Below, one piece after another: positions 58,978-64,000 of a stretch of 64,000 nucleotides of DNA. The stretch spans positions 8,504,394 to 8,568,393 of the forward strand of contig CAJINV010000001.1 of the NCBI GenBank assembly GCA_905178155.1. The letters run 5' to 3'. The translations under genes and the position numbers were made by a program. Position 1 is the first letter of the stretch. Every line of letters starts with the position of its first letter. Below the pieces are notes generated by a model, which was given only the letters and a program-made list of their open reading frames with translations, did not search any database and was not told the DNA's origin. This DNA is from Amoebophrya sp. A120 (taxonomy: Eukaryota; Protista; Dinoflagellata).

Positions 58978-61900
58978 ATGGGGCGGCTCGTGGAAAAGTC
59001 GCTTCGCGGCCTGGCGCTGGTCGGCGCGCTGCCGCAAAATCAGGACTTTTTCGCACCCAGCACCGGTTGGGGCACGTCTTCTTCTAGTTCCTCAAGGTTT
59101 CCCAACCACAATAGGCTGTTCGCAACGGCGTCCAAAGTTCTTGAAGAAGGCGTCGGCAGTGTGGAAAACAAGCAGAGCGAAGAGCGGCATGCAGGAAGTT
59201 CCGGAAGGGATCATGCCGAGGGGGGAAGTAGTACTGGTGCAAGCAACTCCGCTGCGTCCAAAGCTGCAGCTTCTGCGACCGGCGGAAGTGGAGTCGGAGT
59301 GCAACCGCGAAAAGGTTCAGCAAGCCCCCCGCAGGCCACGACGCGGCGCACCGCGAAGATACCTGATAAAGATGCGCCGCACATGCACGGGGCGCGGCAG
59401 TTGAACGACCGGAGGCTTGTCGCAGAGGAGCAGGAGCACTCAAAACACGCTAGAAATTCAGGCACAGCAAAGACAAGCTCGCACGAAGCGGCCATTAACG
59501 AGAAAATAGACTACGGCATCTACGGCGAAGACAATTTCAACGAGGAAGGTTTCGACGTGGTTGGGGCTCGAGGCGAGCTTGCAATCCATAGAATACCTGC
59601 GTTTCAGGAAGAAACCATTTTGAGCGCTCGGGACCCGAATTACGAGACCAGTGCCGCATTTGATGAATACAAGAAGAAGGTACTAGCGTGACTTGTAAAT
59701 AAACGTTTTTTGTTGACGAACTTGCTGCGTGAAGTTTTTTTGTATCTTGTTTGAAACGAGAACAGAGGACAATTTAAAAGTTCCATTGATCATCTCCTGC
59801 AGCGCGAGCCGATCGTGAACCAGTTGCGAGAGCGAAAACTGAAGCAAATCCTGGAGACCGGCCCGCAAGGCGAACTTCGAGAACACGTGGACGAGGGCGA
59901 GCAAATAGCGCGGCCCGAGCTTCACCAAGACCCGGGAAAAACGTATGAGGAAATTGTGTTTTCCGACGGATCCGCGGTGCGGTTTCCCGGAAAAACGGAA
60001 AGAAGAACGCTGTCGAGTGTACGCAAATTTTAAATTTTTAGACAAAAAAAGCACCTTATTCTCTAGTAGCTCTTCCAAGCTGTCAGTAGGTGTTGGTGTT
60101 TGATGAAATGATAATGTCAAATAGTAAAAAACTAAAAAAATCGCATTACAGTCCCATCTTCCGCGACACGACCGGTTTCTTTTTGCCAATAGCACGACGC
60201 AGCTCGCGAGCCAGCGCGAGATGCTGTTGCAGATGGAGCGAAAAGTCGTAAACCTCGAGGACTACATATCCTGCGTAAAAACGTCCCCACCCCAGAGTTG
60301 TAATGCAGATTTGCAAAAACAGGAAGACTTGCAATGCGCATCCCCATGAGAGCCATTTCCAGTCGTGTTTTGGAATTTTTGATGCTGTAAACGGGATCAG
60401 CAGGTCGATTTGTGATGCGGCTTTCCTTGCTAACTTGCACTACCTTACGGACTGAAACTTGTCATGCGTGACTCACAAAACTCCTAGGCTTGTGTTGCAA
60501 AATCCCCATCCTGACTCTGGTGTGGGTACGTTTTTACTCAGGATACTACAGCAGCAAGCATTTTGACAAAAGTGCTTGGAAAAAGTCGCCGTTTACCGAG
60601 TACAAGCGAATGCTCTCCTCGCACCTAGGGACGGACAATTCGTTCACGACCATGGCCTACCGGCACCCCGAGCAGTGCGAGCGCAAGGAGTGCATAGCCA
60701 ACAGCGAACCAAATTGCAAGGAGCACCTGCCAGGGTATATGAGCAACTTTTCTTTATTCAACATCCCGGTGGAGTTTTGATTGTGTGTGTCTGCTTGGAG
60801 AAATCAATATGGTCCATCTCAGTATTTGCGGAGCACTCTGCCTTCACCCTGGTGTTGTTCCTAGCTTTTTTTGTATCGAATCAACTAAACTGACCAGGTT
60901 TTATCTGAAAGAGCGAGGATGTGCGGACCACGCAGACGGCGGAAAGAGGATATGCACTGACTGCCAATACTCTGCGGCCCTGGGCCAACCAACCATATGC
61001 CAGTGCGAAAAGACACCATACTCAACCAAGGTGCAATACAACGAGCCCTGCGACAGCTCCAGGTACTTGTTTGGTTTTTTCATCAGTGTCGCTCCTTTCA
61101 CGCCGCGTTTCCCCTCGTGTGAGATCCTGAATTCATCATCTAGATGACTCTACTTTCGCTTTCGCTATGTGAAGCGCAGATCAGTCTTTCCAAATAAACA
61201 CCCTGCAGAGTGTGTCTGGCCGGCGAGTGCTTTCGCCCGTGCGAGTTTTTTCTTCACGTGAGCACGTGCCCAGAGGAAAGGTGTATGTGGAACACGACCG
61301 CGTTGAACTGTGTTGATATCCCCGCTTCTATTGAGAGGAAAAATCCCCCCTCCCCATATTGAAAAGGTATGTTTCCAAAAATTTGCGTTGCGGATTTGAG
61401 GTCACAAATCACGTCTGTCTTGCAAGAAGACAAGAGCGGAAGCGTCCGCCCCATTATGGAAGCGATTTGTCATGCTGTTGGACCTAAAGGGGGGCCGTTT
61501 GCCATGCTGAGCTACTAGACCCGTTGCACGCCCCTACCTAGCCTGGGGATCTGGCCGCAGTGCCTCTCTGCAATACAAAGCTGAATTGTGGTCACAAATC
61601 AGCACCACAAGTTTCCGTTTTGATATGGGGAGGGGGGATGTTTCATTTTGATAGCTTCGCTGGTCTACACGGAATGGGCTTCGCTGGTGCTCGGCTCGGA
61701 GGCAACAGAGGGCGTGCGCGGACCGATCATACTTGCCGGCGTTTCAAAAACCATCTTTCCGCTAAACTTCGAAAAGTTCAACCAGATGTCCAGCACGTAT
61801 CGGATCATGGGAAATCCCATTACGCAATACATCACAATGGTATACACATTCAAGTACTTTTGTTCTTCTTCTTTGCTGGGTAATTGGAATTGCGTAATTT

Positions 61901-63407
61901 TGATGTGATGTGTTCTCAGATCAGGCGCAGAAAATTCGAGAACCGGAATGAACGACAACATACAGGTGGAGTTTTTCCAGCGATTTGATCTCAACTACGA
62001 CGGCTTCCTGACAGCACACGAGTTCGAGCACCAGCTGACAAAAACCCTAGTCGAGCTGGAGGTACGTGAAAAGGTTGTTGCTTCGACACGATTTCTGCAA
62101 ATTTGAGTTTTAGGTTAGTCATACTGAAGGAACGCATTCAACACAGATTGGAGCGTCATAATTCTATTTGCCATCTGGATTCGCTGCTGTAGAAGTGCTG
62201 CGTGTTTTGTTCGAAAGAAAAACTACCTTGAAACCCCAGGCCGCGGCCGAGCTCCAGGCGGAGCAACAAGCAGTGCAGGCGATGCAGAATTTGCAGAACG
62301 CGCGTCAGCTGCAGATTGTGGGCAACGTCGCGGCGCACCAACAGCAGGCACTGTCGGCGGACAGCTGTCTTCAGGAGATTCCGCCGAAGTTCTACTGCAG
62401 CATCCTCGTTCTGTGCGTGGAGGACTGCTCCGTCTGCGGGTGGAAGTCCGTCGGCGACACGGAGTTTTTCATTTGCGTCGGGCCCTCGCCGGCGAGCTGC
62501 GCCGACGCGGGAAAGTACTACTGCGGCGCGGACCAGAAGTGCCACGACTTCTGCCGGGACTGCGTCGGCAGACCAATTCTGGACTACAGTCAAAATGCCT
62601 GCCTCAGCCCCTGGTGGGACCCCGAGCCCAGCTACGATACCTCCACCTGGATCTGCCGGCACCGGAGAAAAGTCGGCCGGTCGTGCGTGCACGACCAGGA
62701 CTGCATTTACGGGCTGCACAAGTGTCTGTCGGCGAGAACAACCATGGGCAATGTATATTCATACAAAATTTTTTATGATCGAATGACACTGCGCCGCGTG
62801 AACAAATAAACTTCACAGTCAGACGCGCAATGACAAGAGCTTTTCCCTATATACTGAATAACAGAAACGGGAGTGCATGCCGCTGCGGCCGTACGAAGAG
62901 ACGCACATTTGCAAGTCGCACTTCGACTGCCCACACGTTGACTACTACTGCCCAGACGATCCGACCGGCAACGACCCGTTTTGGATCAAGTACTGTCGGA
63001 TGCAGTTAGACGAGGGTCGCAAGTGCCAGTCCGACCACGAGTGCAAAGCCGACATGCTGTGCAACAGTATTGAAATTCCGGCCGCCCGGTGTAGGAAACT
63101 CTTTGACTTGCCCTTGGGCCACTTAGCGAAAGACGATAGGCTCTGCATCACCGGGTGGACAAACAAAAACCACGTCTGCACGTACAATTCACTTTTGTGT
63201 TTCTTTCATTTCGCGCATTGATTTCCTCCTGCTGACGTTCGTTCTACTTGTTGGCCTACTTAGTTATTCACTAAGGCCCATGGCCAACAGAAGTTGACTA
63301 GGAAAAAATGCAAAAAAAATATAGGTACCCGGCCAAGTCAAAAAGAGTAGGCAAAGCGTGCACGACACACGAGGATTGCACGACGACCGATCCCACGGGA
63401 AGGACAG
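58978..63407 (+). CDS. Cysteine-rich, probably secreted or surface protein with an EF-hand; many exons, 3'-partial
   Basis: Exons join across canonical introns and two introners (LEDY|SSKHF, DIPAS|LVYTEW). EF-hand FDLNYDGFLTAHEFE near 61984. Repeated C-x-x-D-x-D/E-C units (CVHDQDC, CQSDHEC, CTTHEDC). Confidence 0.65.
60267..60545. mobile_element. Introner family C, 279 bp, TSD CTACA, opposite orientation to the 42166 copy
   Basis: TIR tatcctgcgtaaaaacgtccccaccccagagt / actctggtgtgggtacgtttttactcaggata. CTACA at 60262-60266 and 60546-60550. The interior is close to the reverse complement of 42166-42444. Confidence 0.95.
61329..61653. mobile_element. Introner family D, 325 bp, TSD GCTTC
   Basis: TIR tattgagaggaaaaatcccccctccccatat / atatggggaggggggatgtttcattttgata. 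GCTTC at 61324-61328 and 61654-61658. Confidence 0.93.
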
Positions 63408-63584
63408 GTGAAGTGATTGTCGTGAAATTGCATTTTTCCTTTTGATTTTGGACCGTGAGGCAAGCAGCTATAACTCCTATTGCTGAGCTGCGGAAGTTAA
63501 AATTTTGCGACGGGGAGGAAAATCGTCCACGCCGAAAATTTTTTTACAGTTTTCAAACGTCCCAAAAGTTTCGCGATTTGCGAA

Positions 63585-63875
63585 ATCGCCCACCGCCCAC
63601 CGCCCAATTCGCATCGCCAAACTAGCCACCACTCCCATCGCCTAGCTCCCAACTTTCATCGCCCACTTCCCAATCCCCATCGCCCAGCTCCCAACTTTCA
63701 TCGCCCAACTCCAATCGCCCGACTATTTTGCGACGCAAAATATTTTGCAACTCGCAATAATTTGCGAATCAAAATACTCTGCAACGCAAAATATTTTGCA
63801 ACTCAAAATATTTCGAAACTAATATTTTGCGAGGCAAAATGTTTTGGATGTCGGAATATCTTGCAACTCAGAATC
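63585..63875. repeat. Two short degenerate tandem arrays inside an intron
   Basis: Repeated atcgccc/cccaact units at 63585-63720, then repeated palindromic gcaaaatattttgc units at 63723-63875. Confidence 0.65.
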
Positions 63876-64000
63876 TTTTTCCACCCTCGGAAACTATTCT
63901 GACCAGAAAATTTTTCGCAACATCAACCCCCCGAAGAAACCGCTTCCCCCGTTTTTGCAGCTTTGAAAGCGGGCGGCACGGGGAGAGCAGAAAGCACGGG

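Noticed and set aside
3-63407. Stop-codon reassignment as reported for one Amoebophrya strain
   Set aside because: Exons of several kilobases are free of TAA, TAG and TGA, and genes end at all three. Apparent internal stops fall in introns or introners.
1-64000. tRNA, rRNA or snRNA genes
   Set aside because: None recognised by eye. tRNAscan-SE and Infernal would be needed to exclude them.

Overview
Eukaryotic, gene-dense DNA with about 16 protein-coding genes, all on the + strand. The one-strand gene cluster, GC-AG introns and inverted-repeat introns point to a syndinian dinoflagellate such as Amoebophrya; this assignment is inferred from genome features, not from a search. Recognisable products are a Bdp1-like SANT protein with an HMG-box, a PPIE-type RRM protein, an Hv1 proton channel, an alpha/beta hydrolase, a multi-TM class-3 lipase, an intronless TPR/TRAF-Zn/RING/ParB-like protein, a GNAT, a Vps39/TGFBRAP1-like protein, a CK1-like kinase with large insertions, an ankyrin protein, a Cof-type HAD hydrolase and a Cys-rich EF-hand protein. 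The main signal is a set of 13 clear (plus about 2 degenerate) non-autonomous elements. Each starts TAT, ends ATA, has terminal inverted repeats (TIRs) and is flanked by a 5-bp target-site duplication (TSD). All 13 sit in coding exons, and removing the element plus one TSD copy restores the reading frame every time, so they behave as introners, mostly without GT-AG ends. Introners are already known in Amoebophrya. Less usual here are a 2.9-kb copy filled with satellite arrays, a copy carrying a nested 734-bp retroposon-like insert (17-bp TSD, terminal redundancy), a TTGTNATGC motif shared across families, and a copy whose TSD now gives a canonical GT-AG intron. All gene models were read by eye and lack transcript support.
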